From Auanema rhodensis (lineage: Eukaryota > Animalia > Nematoda): a stretch of 64,000 nt of DNA. Of the stretch, positions 28,352-42,817 are shown in pieces. Position numbers and translations under genes: made by a program. The DNA is taken from positions 13,702,001 to 13,766,000 of the forward strand of contig OZ059900.1 in assembly GCA_964057225.1 (NCBI GenBank), in the 5' to 3' direction. Position 1 is the first letter of the stretch. The number at the start of each line of letters is the position of its first letter. The notes under the pieces were generated by a model. The model had not been told where the DNA came from, searched no databases, and worked only from the letters and a program-made list of their open reading frames with translations.

Positions 28352-30520
28352 ATGCGACCCAAGTGGCTTCAAAGTAAGTAAAAAATTTGATATTATTAAT
28401 AATAATACTGCGTTTCCACATAGTATAAATTAACAAATTCATTGTTAAAGTATCATAATTTTAATTAAAATATTAATATACCAATATTTATAAAAACAAA
28501 AATAATGTGTTTGCTTCCAGCTATTTGGAAAAAGTCTATTTATTATTAATTAATTTATCAAATTTTTTAAACATATTTATCAATCATAAGCTTATTTTGT
28601 TTTTCAAGTACAAAACAAGTTTTAGATTGCACAAGGGCACAAAAGCTGAATAATGTAATCCGAATTGCATTTGCGCATATTGCGCTGTATGTGTTTGTAG
28701 TTTTATACCTTATATTTGGTGCATATATGTTTCAATATATGGAAGGTGAACGCGAAGAAGATCTCCACAAAAAGCAAAGGTTAAACTTTTCATTCTAACT
28801 TGTTTTGCTGAAGTTTCTGATATAATTAATATTTTTTAAATGTAAACAATAAAATAAAAATATTTATTTTAGAGTTTTTGTACTGGAAATGAAAAAACAG
28901 CTATTAGAACGATTATCGAATCCCAATGCGGTACAATGATCGTTGCATTAATCTATTGTATTAGAAGATATTTTTCAGGTTTTAAATTTAGATGATGAAC
29001 TAAGCTGGTACTTCAAAAATTTGTCAAGTAGTCAGATTTCTATAGACTATTATTTAATATTATCTGATTCAAAACAGGCAACTACTTACTATTCTGAAAA
29101 ACTCTTATTCTTCTATATTTTAGAAGTTACCTCGACGTTGGACATTTGAAAGCAGTATTTTATTTGCCTTCACTATCTTAACAACAATAGGTTTATTTTT
29201 GTTATAATCTATGTTAATTACAAGGTCTTAGGCTACGGCAACTTGGCTCCATCGACACATGAATGTCAGATATTCACAATGGTATATGGTGCTTTTGGAA
29301 TTCCGCTTTTTCTCATCACGATTGCAGATTTAGGACGTTTTTCAAAGACAGGTTTCTTATTAACATGAAGTTATTTTTTTGTAAAAAAAAGAACTGCAGG
29401 AATAATGACCATAATTCAACTGCTTTACAAAAAAGAACTGAAGCGGCAAGGAGAACAAAGATTTTGGAGAGAACTTGGAGAGGTTTTTTTTTTCAATAAA
29501 AATTAAAAAATACCTGATTATGGTTTTTAACTGCTCACGTATTCACTCAATATATGCATGGTCAGTTGAAAAGAAGAGAAACTGCATAATGAATCAATTC
29601 CTTGAGCTAAAAATCGAAAAAATACTTTTTACTATACTCATTATTGGTAATCATGTTAATTTTGGTCAGGTCTTTCTTGTCGCGGTAGTATTTGTTTCAT
29701 TTATTGCTTTTGGATCAGCAATTCTACCAATGTGGGAAGATCAATTGAGTTATTTTGACAGTGTTTACTTTTCTTACATGTGAGTTATCATAAAAATTAA
29801 AAATAATTAACATAATTTTCATTTTTTTTCTTATTTCAAACAAAATTCGTTACAGGAGCTTAACGACGATTGGCTTGGGAGACATAGTTCCAAGGTCAGT
29901 GTTTTCTTATTAAAATAAATTGAATAAAGGTCTGATTAACAGACGAATGGATTTCTTACTACCAACTCTTATATATATAACAATTGGATTGTGGTTGACA
30001 ACAGTCCTTGTTGAACAATTAGCAGATGTGTTCCGATTAGTTCATTACGCTGGACGACAAGTTACAAATGTTAAAGGAGTAAGAGAGAATAAAAAATTGG
30101 TTTTAAACAACCTTTACCTAGATATCTGTTTGGTTGGGAGGCAGACGTCTTTCTGTTGGTGGTTTGATTAGCACTGTTTGTCGACGAGTTGGCATGTCGG
30201 AAAATTTGATAAGTTAGTTTGTAAATACCAATACTGAATTATCTGTTTTGTTTTCGATCAAATCAATTGGGACAAAGCTATTGATCAAGCTCTAGAAGGA
30301 CGCGAACAGCCTATATCACTATTTCCTTGGCATTTTGCCGATTTTTTAGATAATGACCCTCCTCTAATAGATTTGAGTATTGACTTGGATCAATGGGAGG
30401 TATAAATCAATTTATATAACAGATTGTAGCATTATGCATCAGGCGCAGGGTTCCTTCTATCTTTCTGGAGGAGATGCACCTCCGGCACCTCCCGTTCAAG
30501 AACCATCACAACAGAAATAA
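28352..30520 (+). CDS. Two-pore-domain (TWK/K2P) potassium channel, ~13 exons; start codon uncertain
   Basis: M1 YLIFGAYMFQYME; P1 WTFESSILFAFTILTTIGYGNLAP; M2 YGAFGIPLFLITIADLG; P2 YFDSVYFSYMSLTTIGLGDIVP; M4 YITIGLWLTT. One GC-AG intron and one intron ending TTTTCG. Confidence 0.88.
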
Positions 30521-31061
30521 GATTAATACATTTAGAAGGGATTAACTGTTTGTAGTCCATAATCTATATATTCAAAGAATATGATTAATATCTGCTAAAG
30601 AGAAATTATTCAATAAACGTTCATTCATAAATCATATTTAACATGCGCAAGCTGAAATAAAACGTTTTAAGAAAAATTTTGGTATAAAGTTCTTTGATAA
30701 TACAATAATTTATAACATAACAATGAATACAATTGGAATTTATTTTGAATAAGAGAGCATAAACTATGACCGCAAGAACTAAAAAATAATTAAATACACA
30801 AAACAAGTAAGATAATGGCAACTAATTGAGAATTTTCAAAAATATATTCAAAATTCCTACTTAAAAACAAACCAAATAACATATCAATTGCATTGATTTT
30901 GTATAATACATCTCGCAGAGAAATAAATATGAACATTTTTTCTATGTCTTATATGATTTTCAAAAATTTTGATCATATTGCAAGCAAAAACTTGCGTATT
31001 TGCTACTAGCAAATTTAAAAAATTTGTATAATTTATATGATGCATACCATGAACGTTAAAC

Positions 31062-33000
31062 CTAAACATTGTTTATTGTCAGTAACCGTGTTGCTTGTGC
31101 TCGATTATTATTTTGGTTATCAGATACACCATCACGAACAGCATAGCGTTTTCTCGTAGGATGTAAAGTATCATTTCTATAATTTTTTAATTTACAAATA
31201 AAATAAATATTAACAATCTGAAATTAGTTGACGTACAAAGATGAATTAAAGTTGTTGTTATTGAAACAAGAAAAACTGTTGGATAATATTCTTTTAAATG
31301 CTCTTCGAAAATCTCGATTGAATATACTGTAAATCAATGGATTAGCTGCTGAATTAGCATAGCCAAGCCACGTAACGGCCTGAAAAAATGAATAGAAGTG
31401 TGTTAGTTAATATTAAAGGTTATTTTACCAATATAACATTTGAGCTAAACGCTGATGGATTCCATGCACGACCTATGTTCACCAAAAAGAATGGTAACCA
31501 ACATAGTAAGAAAGTACCCATAATGACACCAAGAGTTAGTCTAAATTCATTTTTTTTCTTTAAATAACAATATGATGATGAACAAAGATACCTAGCTTTT
31601 TGATCATTAACAGTGTTTGTTGAGTTACCTCCTGTACCTGTTTCACTGATATGAGAATTTGTCATTTGGTTACGAGACCAACACGGAAAACAAGACCAAA
31701 ATATTCTACAAATCTGTAAAAGCAACAAATCGGATATTAATATTTCAATATAAAACTTACTCGTTCGATTGTCTTGTCGGATAAATGTTCATCTTCTACA
31801 GCAACTGTCGAAAAATCTGTTGACTCTATATCTTGATTAGGAAGTGTAATATTTGAATCCGTCATCAATGTAGCTGCAGTCACCTATAGTTTGAAAAATA
31901 AACTTCATAATCAAAATATCTGAGCCTACTTCGCGAATTTTTTCAGATGTTAATTGCATTATTAGAAAAGAAGTTGCTTGTTGTAGTTGAGTTTTAATAC
32001 TTCTTACATGATGTCTAGCGTACATGTATAATTTGCTATATAAATACACCATAATCGCAGCTGGGAGAAAAAATGATAAAGCCGAGCTACCAATAGCATA
32101 TCCTAATGGTAATTTCATTTCGCATACAGGAAGTGTTGTATTGCTGCAAATTTAAGTACAGAGTGAGTTGTCATGAGAAACATTAATGTCATACTTGCTC
32201 TCTGTATTTTTTGATCCAAAACCTAAGAAAAGAGGAGCTGAGCCTATGATAGCTGAGATTAACCATACAATAATAATAATACATATAATACGCTTGCGAT
32301 TGCAATGCCTGCATATAACTAATTTTATATTAAATTATCTAAGAATACATACCTAGCATAGCTCATTGAACGGCTGATATGCCAATATCTATCAGAAGAT
32401 ATTGCACATAAATTGAGAATGGAAGCTGTACTGCATGTTATATCAAATGCTACCCAGAATTGGCAGTAAACTTGCCCAAATGGCCAATATCCGAGAACGT
32501 CGTTCCCAGCGGCAAATACCATGACCTGAAACACTACGGATTAAAAAATGCTATGACAAAACGACTTGATGGATGTTCTGCTGCTGTCAAAACTTATCAT
32601 TATTATTTTGTTCAAAAAATATATGAAAATTAATTTTTAGGTATACAATAAAGTTTCTACCTTCCTCCTCCAGACTTTAAAAATAGTTTTGAACAAAAAT
32701 TTGGATAAAATCATAAGTATCTAATAAAATAAGAAAACATGTTTATATTTCAAGTTTTTTATCATTTTTCTCTTTTTTTTTGAATGAATGTTTCACACAT
32801 ACAACTACTTTCATAAAACGTACCAGCACAGAAACAAGCCAATCCGATATTGCTAAGGATACAAGAAACAAATTTTCCGGTTGCCTCCTTAAGCTTCGAT
32901 CCCAAATAATGGCAGCACATACCAATAGATTTCCAAATAAAGCTAATATAATAAGCTTGCTGAACAGCATTAGAAGAATAACACTTCGGAATGCCGTCAT
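31062..33000 (-). CDS. dop-1: D1-like dopamine receptor DOP-1, 9 exons
   Basis: [32 protein letters not shown]; TM3 [21 protein letters not shown]; TM5 [13 protein letters not shown]; [20 protein letters not shown]; [23 protein letters not shown]; [26 protein letters not shown]. Confidence 0.93.
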
Positions 33001-36000
33001 GCTTTGAAAAAGATAGCAATAGCTCTCTTAAATTATTTTTTTAAGAGGAAAATTCGAAATTCACACAAAAATTTGCAAATTGAAACTTTGATTCAATTTC
33101 TGGATATGACGCTCGATCTGGAAAATATGAAACTAATACATTATCATTTACCGCAATATAAAAAAACGAGATATTTAAAAAAGAAAAGTAAATCAAAGTA
33201 ACATAATTGAACTTTTCCAACCAAAAATGAGTTGAGTTTGAACATTTATTTCTCCTACGAACGGTTCTTGTAAAGAGGTGAGTGTGCTAGCATGCAATGG
33301 AAAAGACGAAATAACTCAGCAAAACTAAAATAGAAATGAAAAGAGTTATGTAACAAAACGAAATAGTCTATGAATAGACAATTTTAATATGCACATCAAA
33401 TTAGTTGAAAGGAAAAAAGAGGTTGTACTAAAATATATTTATAAAACAATTGTACAAGAAAAAGGACAATGAACAAATATTCGAGCTAATTTTTTTTATA
33501 ATTTACGATGTCCATGTCGTAAATGTTGTAATAAAAAAGTTTCTTTATCTCATAGTACTAGAAGATTGCATAAAGTTTATTAGTCAACTTGAATATTCCT
33601 CATACTCATGTCCCTACGAGCTAGTAATCAGATATTACTTCAGGGTATTCAATATGTACGAATTATCTAAAAAGCACTATTCATATGAATGAAAGCGAAT
33701 AAGGTGCAAATAAGAAGAAGAAGAATACTTTTTATATATAAGACATGCATATGTTTGGAAGAATAAGAGTTTTCAAAAATGTCATGTTGAGAGAAATATA
33801 AATTGCTCTTGTCAATAGAATGCAATGCACTTGTGCTACCTTCTAAGTTTCGTTCAGTTTTGCCATTTCTCATAGCTCATTCATTGTTAGAAAAAAATAT
33901 TTTTTTGCTTGAAATGTTAAGTTTATTTATAATTTGAAATATAAACATTCATGTCATGCAGTTTCATAAATTTTCAAAAGAGTTCCTACCAATAGTTGTC
34001 AAGAATCCTTGTAATTATAGGAAGAGACAGCCAAGAAAACGTGTAAACACCAAAGAAATATTTCACTCGCTTCCAATCTCATCATTCTATGTAACTATTT
34101 TTTTTTTCAAAAACTACAATACTCAAAAATACTAATGAATATGAATATGTAACATTAAAGCTTTGTTTAATAATATATAATATATAGATATGTGTGTATA
34201 TGTATAATATACGTATATAACAGCTAACTTTATTAATATATTCAAGACTATTCCATTTTACTCAACTCATTTCATCACAAATAAATAGTTTTTTTTATGT
34301 AAACGTATTCACAAAATATATTCAAGAGAGTGAACATAAATAAATTTCAATTTTTACTATTATAAATTTTAATAAAATTCTTTAACACTCGAGTAATACT
34401 CAGTTTATATTTTGAATATAATCTGAATGCTTTCGTTTTGTAAAAAAAATGACACTGTCTCACCACGCGCAAACACATAACTTGAAAAAAAATGATGAGT
34501 TATGAGTATAATTATGTTATGTTAGCAGTAATTTTGGCGGATGTCATACAAGTCATACGCAATCTTCTTCTCAGAAGAAAAACATGTCAAAGATAGAATA
34601 TAACAGGGCCATATTTCTTTATATATATGTGTATATATCAAAAAACTTGAACACATATATAGTTTTTTCACACACAAACACACTTATATATATTATAAAA
34701 GAAATCAAGAATCAAAAAGCTATTTCACTATAATTAAGAAAAATTGTTCAGCATATTAGAATTTAAACATGAGAGAAGAATTCCATTAAGATAAAAACTT
34801 AAATAACGTTCATTTGGAAGTAAAGCTGTATGGATGGGAAAGCTTTCTAGTTTTTTGGCATTACGCTCTTTCCTAATGAGTAAGTGATTTTCTTCAACTG
34901 ACCATCTTGAGAATATTACTGTAAAGTTTTGAAAGAATTAAAAAAAAAATTGAAACCAAAATTGAATAAAAATGAAAAATTATAAGATAAATTGAGCGAC
35001 TATTCCAGTTATGTGATTCACCTTTGCTCAGCAGCAAACATAATGTATGTGGGTCCTTTACATTGAAGCTAAGAATAGCTTCCAAGGAGAGAAACTGAAA
35101 GAAAGCAAGTTGGCATGTAAGAACTGAGCGCATATATAAAGAGTGAGTTCGGCAAAAAAAATAGTAAGTGAAAAAGACAGCGATATTTCTGAGAAATATA
35201 CGCAGAGGAGCAATAGAAAATGAGATAAAACACAGAACGCTTTTTTCGGGATTTAAAATGCTATTGGAACTTGGGGCATGTCTGATATTCTAGCGAGCGA
35301 ATAAACTGAGCAAGAACATTGAAAAATAAAATAACATCATTCAGTCAATGCTGACAACTTAAAATCAACAAGACAGATAGAGGATGTGGAAGAAATGGTT
35401 CGGAACTCATTTTTCCGCTTTATCAACTTTTTCATTGACTATTTGCCATGATATAGAAACAGAATCTTAGTTTTTTGTGCAAGATATTTTCAGAGCTTTT
35501 CAGCAGCCGACCTATGCAATTTTTCGTTTTTAAGCAATAGCTAAGTGAATGATAAATGAGTAGAGTGCACAGCTTATTGATGAATCTTCGTCAAAAACTT
35601 TTTTTAAGTATCACAAGAATGCTTGAAGATTGGATTTATGATAGACTTATGTGTGACCGAGAATGATGAACATGGCCCAAAAGCTTGTTCACTAGGATTC
35701 AAACGAAAAACCAATGCATATTTTATTTAAGACTGAGAAAAGGTTCTGCACAAGCTCGCTAATGAATGTAGAGTGACAATGATGACTTTCACTTACAATT
35801 GTGAAAGTTATTTCTCAAAAATGAAAGAAAAAGATGAATCTGGAAAAATCCAAATGTAGGTTATGGCATAAAGATTTGAAATTAAAATATACTTTACATA
35901 GAAACAATATGTTCAGTTGCTGAAACTGGATTTTGCTTCCCTATTCGTTTCAAAGCAACGCATATAACTTGGGAAGTGCAATAGTAACTAAACTCTCACG

Positions 36001-39000
36001 TCTATTTTTGTTTTATATTATATAGCTCAGCTGTAGTAAAATATTAAAGGATGGATTTTGCTGAAAATAGCTAGCCATAAAATAGATGGATATACAGATT
36101 ACTCTCAAAGAAACGAGATGAATAGATGAAGCATAAATTAAAATGAGGAAGTACGAGAATAGATCACAAAAGATGCTTCTCTAATTAGTTCTGACCAGAG
36201 GGCTTGATGCATTTTTTATTCAATGCAGCATGAAATACAAAGGAAATTCATATATGTTTCCGACAAATTAAAAAATGAAAAGAGTGAATGTATTTAGAAC
36301 TCTATTGATCAAATATGCTAAAAATATTTGAAAAATTGAGAATAATAAAATAGGCAGTTAGAATAAAATGTCTGTAAAGTGCTCAGATTTATAAAATACG
36401 AGAATTTGCCAGCGTTTCAGGCATTAGATCATTAATCACCATGTCTACTTATCGTTTGTCATTGATGAAATAGTTCTAAAGTGCCATAAAATAGACTGAG
36501 GGCATTGGATGTTAGAAATATGTGTTCCTCCTATGCATCCACTCATTTCTTTTATTTTTAAACTTTGAAAACAAGCTGGCTCGTTTTTGCTGTCTTAGCT
36601 TTTTCTAGATGAGAAGAGAATTTCACAATGAAGCACAGAAACAACAGGAATAAAAACAAGAAGCATGGGAGGAAAATGATTGACATTGAACTGCATTGTT
36701 ATATGAGAGAGTTTTAGTCGTTAAATTTATTAAATAGTCTTCCGGAAATTTTTGTATTAAGCTTTGGTTTGTGAGTTGTACTAATCTGGAGAAGTGTGAG
36801 TTTTACCTACATTACAATCTGTTTGTTCTTTCCAAGGTTTCGGCTTTATCACTATTGCATGGCTCAAGAAGCAAAGAGAGAACATTCAGATGATTTGTCT
36901 TCAAAACGCTTTTTCTCTCTCATCTGAAATTTATTATCCAATTTATTTCTAGTCTCTGTTATTTATGAAATCAAAGATTGCGAGAAGTAAGATATTGTAT
37001 GTATATTACAAGACATTTCAAAAAAAATGTTTATATTCTGTTTAGAATGATAGAATAAAAAAAAATGAAAGAAGGAGTTCTTCTCACAACAGAATAAAAG
37101 TGGATTATACTTCTTTATAGAATAATCATTTAGAATATGTGAAGGAGTGCTATGTGTATGTATTTTTGAATGGATATGTTTATGAACTTTAGCTAAGAAC
37201 ACCTCTTCAACTTAAATGTATTGATTCATAGTGTCGTAAGATGTAAGCAAGAAAAGTATATAAGTTAACACTTAAACTATATGTTTTCTGACCGCTAATT
37301 TATGAGCAACAAAAAAAAAATCGAATGCACTACCTTCATGAAATTCAGAGCAATAATTAGAGTTGGAATTTTTTAAGATCTAAAATCTATTTTTCTATTT
37401 TGCTTTGTTCATCTATACGAAAAAGTGTGAATATCTCGAATGAGTTGTCTTACTATTCGAAAATTAAAATATGTTCGATCAAATTATATAATAAAGGGCT
37501 TCACAACAATATTGAGAAACAATGTATCAAGTAGACTTTAAAAGAGAAAGAGAAGCTAAAATGAAACAACAAAATGAAGTATTAGTGACCATATTATGCG
37601 TTTGATGTGAATTTTAATTAGATTCACTTTATGCAACAAACATGATATTAATAACATTAATAATCCTTTAGATGAACTTTTTTGGAACTTGTGGATGAAA
37701 AATAACAAGCTTTCCATCCTTATTTACTTTCCTATAAAATATTTATCATACAAATAATAAAGCTTTTCTTAATTTCAAATTTCTTATAATAAGTACTTTA
37801 ATTACATTTTTTGTTTAAAAAAAAGGAATGATAGATATGAAAACTCACCTAATCGTTTGCAGCAATTGTGAATTAATGAGTTAATTAAGGGCAAGTTCAT
37901 GTCGGCTACTGTTAATTCTACTCTCAACTTGAATACTAAGAAATTTGAATGATGTATTAATATGAAATACATTCCATGCGCCGTGGGTATTTGCAAACAG
38001 CACTATAACGATCCAACATTCATCGTTCCATTTCAAATACGTCAACAAGCATTATAGGGACCAAAGTTGTAGGAAGAATATATTATTTGGTTGCAACAAT
38101 CTCCTAGGTTATACTATTGTTTTTTGAATCTCAGCAAAAAAAATATTTTTTCAATTATAATCAATACTTAAGCGGAAATATTTTGTGCCGATATGCTTAG
38201 AAAATTAACTTTGTTTCATTTTTTCATGCTTGTGCTCAACAATCCTAATTAATCATTCATATGATCAAAAAAGGAAAATTCCGAAATACACATTAACACA
38301 TTAAAAATATAATCAGAAAAATATACTATGCTAGCTTTGAAAGAATCATAAATGAGAAAAGGAATTTAAAAGCCAGAAAAATGATAGCTTAGCATATAAA
38401 CAAGCCACTAATGAATGAGTGTAGCCATCTATAAGTAAGTAGATCAGTCACATTACAGCTGATATTCGAGATGAATTCAAATTATACATCTATTACAGAT
38501 CGTAAAATTAAAGCTTATAGCATTTCTTATCATAGTTATAAAATATTAACTGAGGTTCATTTTTTGCCTTAGATATGTTAGAGTGAAAGTAATCAACTAG
38601 GACTGTAATTTATAGTAAAATTAGAGGAATATGTGTTAAAAATATTCAATATATTGTGGACATTATTCACGTTTCTACTTGCTGATTTTTCTTCTTTTTC
38701 TTCTTCTTTTTTTTTCGTTTTTTCTACTGACGACCACATAAAGAAATTTCAGCAGTTCTGTTAACTGAATTGATAAACCAGCCAGAAATAGTTAGGGAGA
38801 AACACAATTGATGCTTTTGAATCAGGAAGTGCTTGCACTTATAAGGAATAAAAGAAATTTTTCTTTATATTATTGAGTTTGTTTCTCACTGTCATTCTTC
38901 CTGTTTATTCTTTTTTATTGTTTTCTACATCCATTTGCTCTAACATATTATAGAGATATTTTTGTTATAAGGACATAGAAAAACGATCTATAAAATGGCA

Positions 39001-42000
39001 AAAGCATTACTAATGAAGCTTAAAAAAATTATAGTTATATTGTTCATATATATATAATGCAATAAATAGAACAATAGAAATATATTTAAGATTCAATTCA
39101 TTTCCTAATAATACGCAATTTAAAAAAAAACGAGAAAAGGATAATTTGATATATTATTTGTATTTCTGAGAAAAATAAAAAAAAAACCCGATCGGATACA
39201 GGCTGCTTAGAATAATTTACTGATTGTTTGTCTAGGCAAATTATTCTTGTGTTTTGGCGCAAAATAAATTTGAAAAGCTCATTCAATTTGAATGGCGACA
39301 TTAATCATCTGTCATAATCAGATGTTGTTAACAGCACATTGAACATAACCAACCAATTTCAAAATAATACATGGTTATTTCACATATACGTATATATATA
39401 TATAGATATATAGATAAATATGTATATTTCAGAGAAAACTATATAATACAGAAAAATGGTAAATTTTCTGAATAGTTACTGTTTTAAGTGCAATAATATG
39501 GTTAATTTATCAGTGCAAACTTACGCTTCATCATGGTGGAAAACATAATTAATTATTAAAACAAATAAAAATATTTTTTTGAACTGATCTATATGAGTAA
39601 ATTGACTTTTTCGGAAATGGATTTTCTAATCGTTTCTAGAGAAGCAATTATCATTTTAAGTTTGCTGGTATACTTGAGGTAGCTAGTTATACTTGTTTGA
39701 AATGAATACTGATTTGATGAAACATAAACAGAATATGGAAAAAGCAAAATATTATCCTATATTTCAAATACACGAGCAATTTACATGAAATAAAATTATT
39801 TGAGCGTAAGATGGTAAAGATAAAAAGAAGCTTCGATCTAAGATGCAATATATTTCTAAGATCCAACATTAATTAGTACTAATGCAAATAAAAAAATCTT
39901 ATATATGCTTTCTTTTTTTCAATTTTCAGTCATTGAAACATGCTAATTCTCTCATGAAAAACGTAAAGAATAAAATAAGAAGAATAGAAACTATTTTATA
40001 CTTCAAGAACGGAATTCAAACTAAAATTCTCAAGCATTGCTTGGATAGTAGTTGTGAAATTTTCAAATATCTCATATGAAATAGAAACGTTCAAAGTTTT
40101 ATGAAATCCAACTGTAGTTTGCCTAAATTAGCAAGACTATCGAGAATTTTTCAAAAATGATGCTTCAAACAGACATTCGAGAATATGTAAAATGCAGTAT
40201 TCAAATAAATGCGGAACTAACTATCAATGACGTTATCAAACTAAATGGTTCCACTTCATATTTCATTCTTTGTATAGCTGTATAGCTATAACTCATTTAT
40301 CGAGTACGAGACCCGCGGGACCCATGAAGTTGGAACAAATTATAGGCAGCTCAAGCTTCGCTCTTATAATGCTTATCGTTTGAAGTTGTTCTGTATATGA
40401 AAAAGAGAAAATAATACTCTAGAGAATAAAAACATCAGTTTAACTCACGAGTGAATTCAAATTCGTTTGATGATTCAACAAAAACTTGAGTTCGTAACCA
40501 ACATCAGCAACAAGTTCATTTTTGAAACTCAAACCGCAAATACTTTTATTTTAATAAAATTCTCAAAAAAATTGGCGATCCAGAAACATTTGCGACTTTT
40601 CTTCACTATATAATAAAGATCGGGAGGTTCATATCTACTAATTTCTATGATTGAGGAGCAAAACTAGAAAAAGGAATATGATGACAATTTTTCAAAGTGT
40701 ATAAATATTCATATCATATTCTTTGATCTATTACATTATTAATTATGCGCTAATTGGGTTTGATAGTAAAGTGAGCATTTTAGTTTAAACATATTTAAAA
40801 AAATAAAAATTTGAAATCTTCAGTGAAATTGCAAGTAATCACTGATTTCGATTGGGCAAACGTTTTTTTAATTAAGAATATTCGAGCATCTCAATCATCA
40901 CTCAAACAAAAACTTTTGTCATGTTGTAACTCAAACGATTACAACAAGAATACAAACTTATTATCATTCATTTTCATAGAAAATAGTTGTTTTAGTAATA
41001 TTTCGTTCGATCAAAAACCTATTTACTTTATTTTTTGAATACGCTAAAAACTATAAGAATGTGAAAAACATATGAGAATATTTTAATAATTCATCAGAAA
41101 TGAGAAGATCTGTCAGGATAGATTTATTGTACATGAATATTGCTATGGTAATGCAGCCAATTTTATTTTTTCTTCAAGATTTCTTTACCTTCCGAAAACT
41201 ATGGCAATAATTTTTTATTGTTTCTCTTCTATATCTTTAAGCCCGTTTGCCACACAAGCACGCTATCGCATTACTTTTCGCATTTTGAAACTCAAATAAC
41301 ACTTTGTCTTAAATATAGATTAAGATTACAACTTGAAATCTTACATAAAAATGAAATATATTAACTTTTTATATTTAATATTTAATCGTATTTTTACCTC
41401 AGATGGGTAAAAACATGGATTTCTTCAATTTAATTTTAAGCTTAGTAACTATACTGCAGAATTTATTGCATATATTACTATTTTAGAATTATTAACCTTG
41501 TATATAAATAAATATAACTTGAAATGCAACCACATTTATAAATATTATATGTTAATGTCAAGATTACTCTGTATTGTTAATTTTCTCATCCGTTAAGATA
41601 GTTGTCATGCCAAACGTGTTACATTTCATGCTTCATGCCAGATTAGAAGCTCTCCTTTTTCTGAATGCTGTCACTACTCAACATTAAACAACTCGCGTCT
41701 CTTGTTTTAATCGTTTCGCAATAAAGAATTTTCTAGAACTTCTTTCTATCTTCATCCTTTAAAGTTTCTCATTCACGAGACATTCCTTTTTCCATTTGTT
41801 GTCTTCTGCATGCTACGTCCATCTTCTCATTTCCGCCCTAAATTCCAATAGCTCTAACTTCTATATTGAAACGGTGGTATTTTTTTCATAACATCTGTCA
41901 AATAAACAAACTAAGAAATAACTAATAAAGGTTATTTGTGCGAAACTCAAATTATCAGCTTGATTATTTTCAATAGTTGTCCAAGCATAGATCTTGTTTT

Positions 42001-42741
42001 CAAATAATTTCCTATGTTCATTATGTAAACGCTAAACATTTAAAAAATGTTTACTGATTCTGCTTAAAAAAAATGATCGCGTTGTGTTCATGTGCATTAT
42101 TTCTTTTCTTTTCTTTTTGGAAATTTGAATATAATTTGAACTTTTTATTTAAAACATTATAATTCTTATCAATTTAATCTATTTAGAAAGGTTTGTGTGA
42201 AAAAGTAACGAATGAGAAACAACGTATGATCAGAGTTATCAAATCTTTTTCGACAAAGTTAAAACCGTGATGTATATACATACATTTGATTTTAGGTACA
42301 TGTATGTTTTATGATGTTAGCGTATTTAAAAGTTTAATGAACGATTGAGAGAACTAAGTCTTTAAGATATTCACTTCCTTTTGACTATATTGAAAGTCTC
42401 GCCCACTAAGTTTAGCTATTAAAAAAATATTAATAATCTTTTATTATCCAGATTAAATGGAATTATATATTTCCAATTTTCTTTCTTGCTATCCTTTTGA
42501 TAAGAAAAAAAACAATGTATAGAATCTATAAAATTACTTTCAAATGCCATTCTTCATTACAATCAATTTTCAATGTTTTTCAGTTGTTGTAGTAATGCTC
42601 CTCTTTCCATATATTATTTGCGTATCGAAAAAAAAATGTTTTGAAATTTTAAACATCTCTTGTAGTAAAATACACATATTCACACACATATACACATGTG
42701 CTCATTCATTTACACACATACACATGCTTACTCACATGCTT

Positions 42742-42742
<1 letters not shown>

Positions 42743-42777
<35 letters not shown>

Positions 42778-42817
42778 GCACACACACACATACATACATA
42801 CACATATATATATATAT
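42743..42817. repeat. Compound microsatellite (CA)n-(TACA)n-(TA)n
   Basis: Long cacaca run grading into tacata and tatata, with a degenerate CA-rich flank from ~42670. Confidence 0.9.

Noticed and set aside
39675-39697. let-7-family seed tgaggtag
   Set aside because: No complementary arm for a pre-miRNA hairpin nearby.
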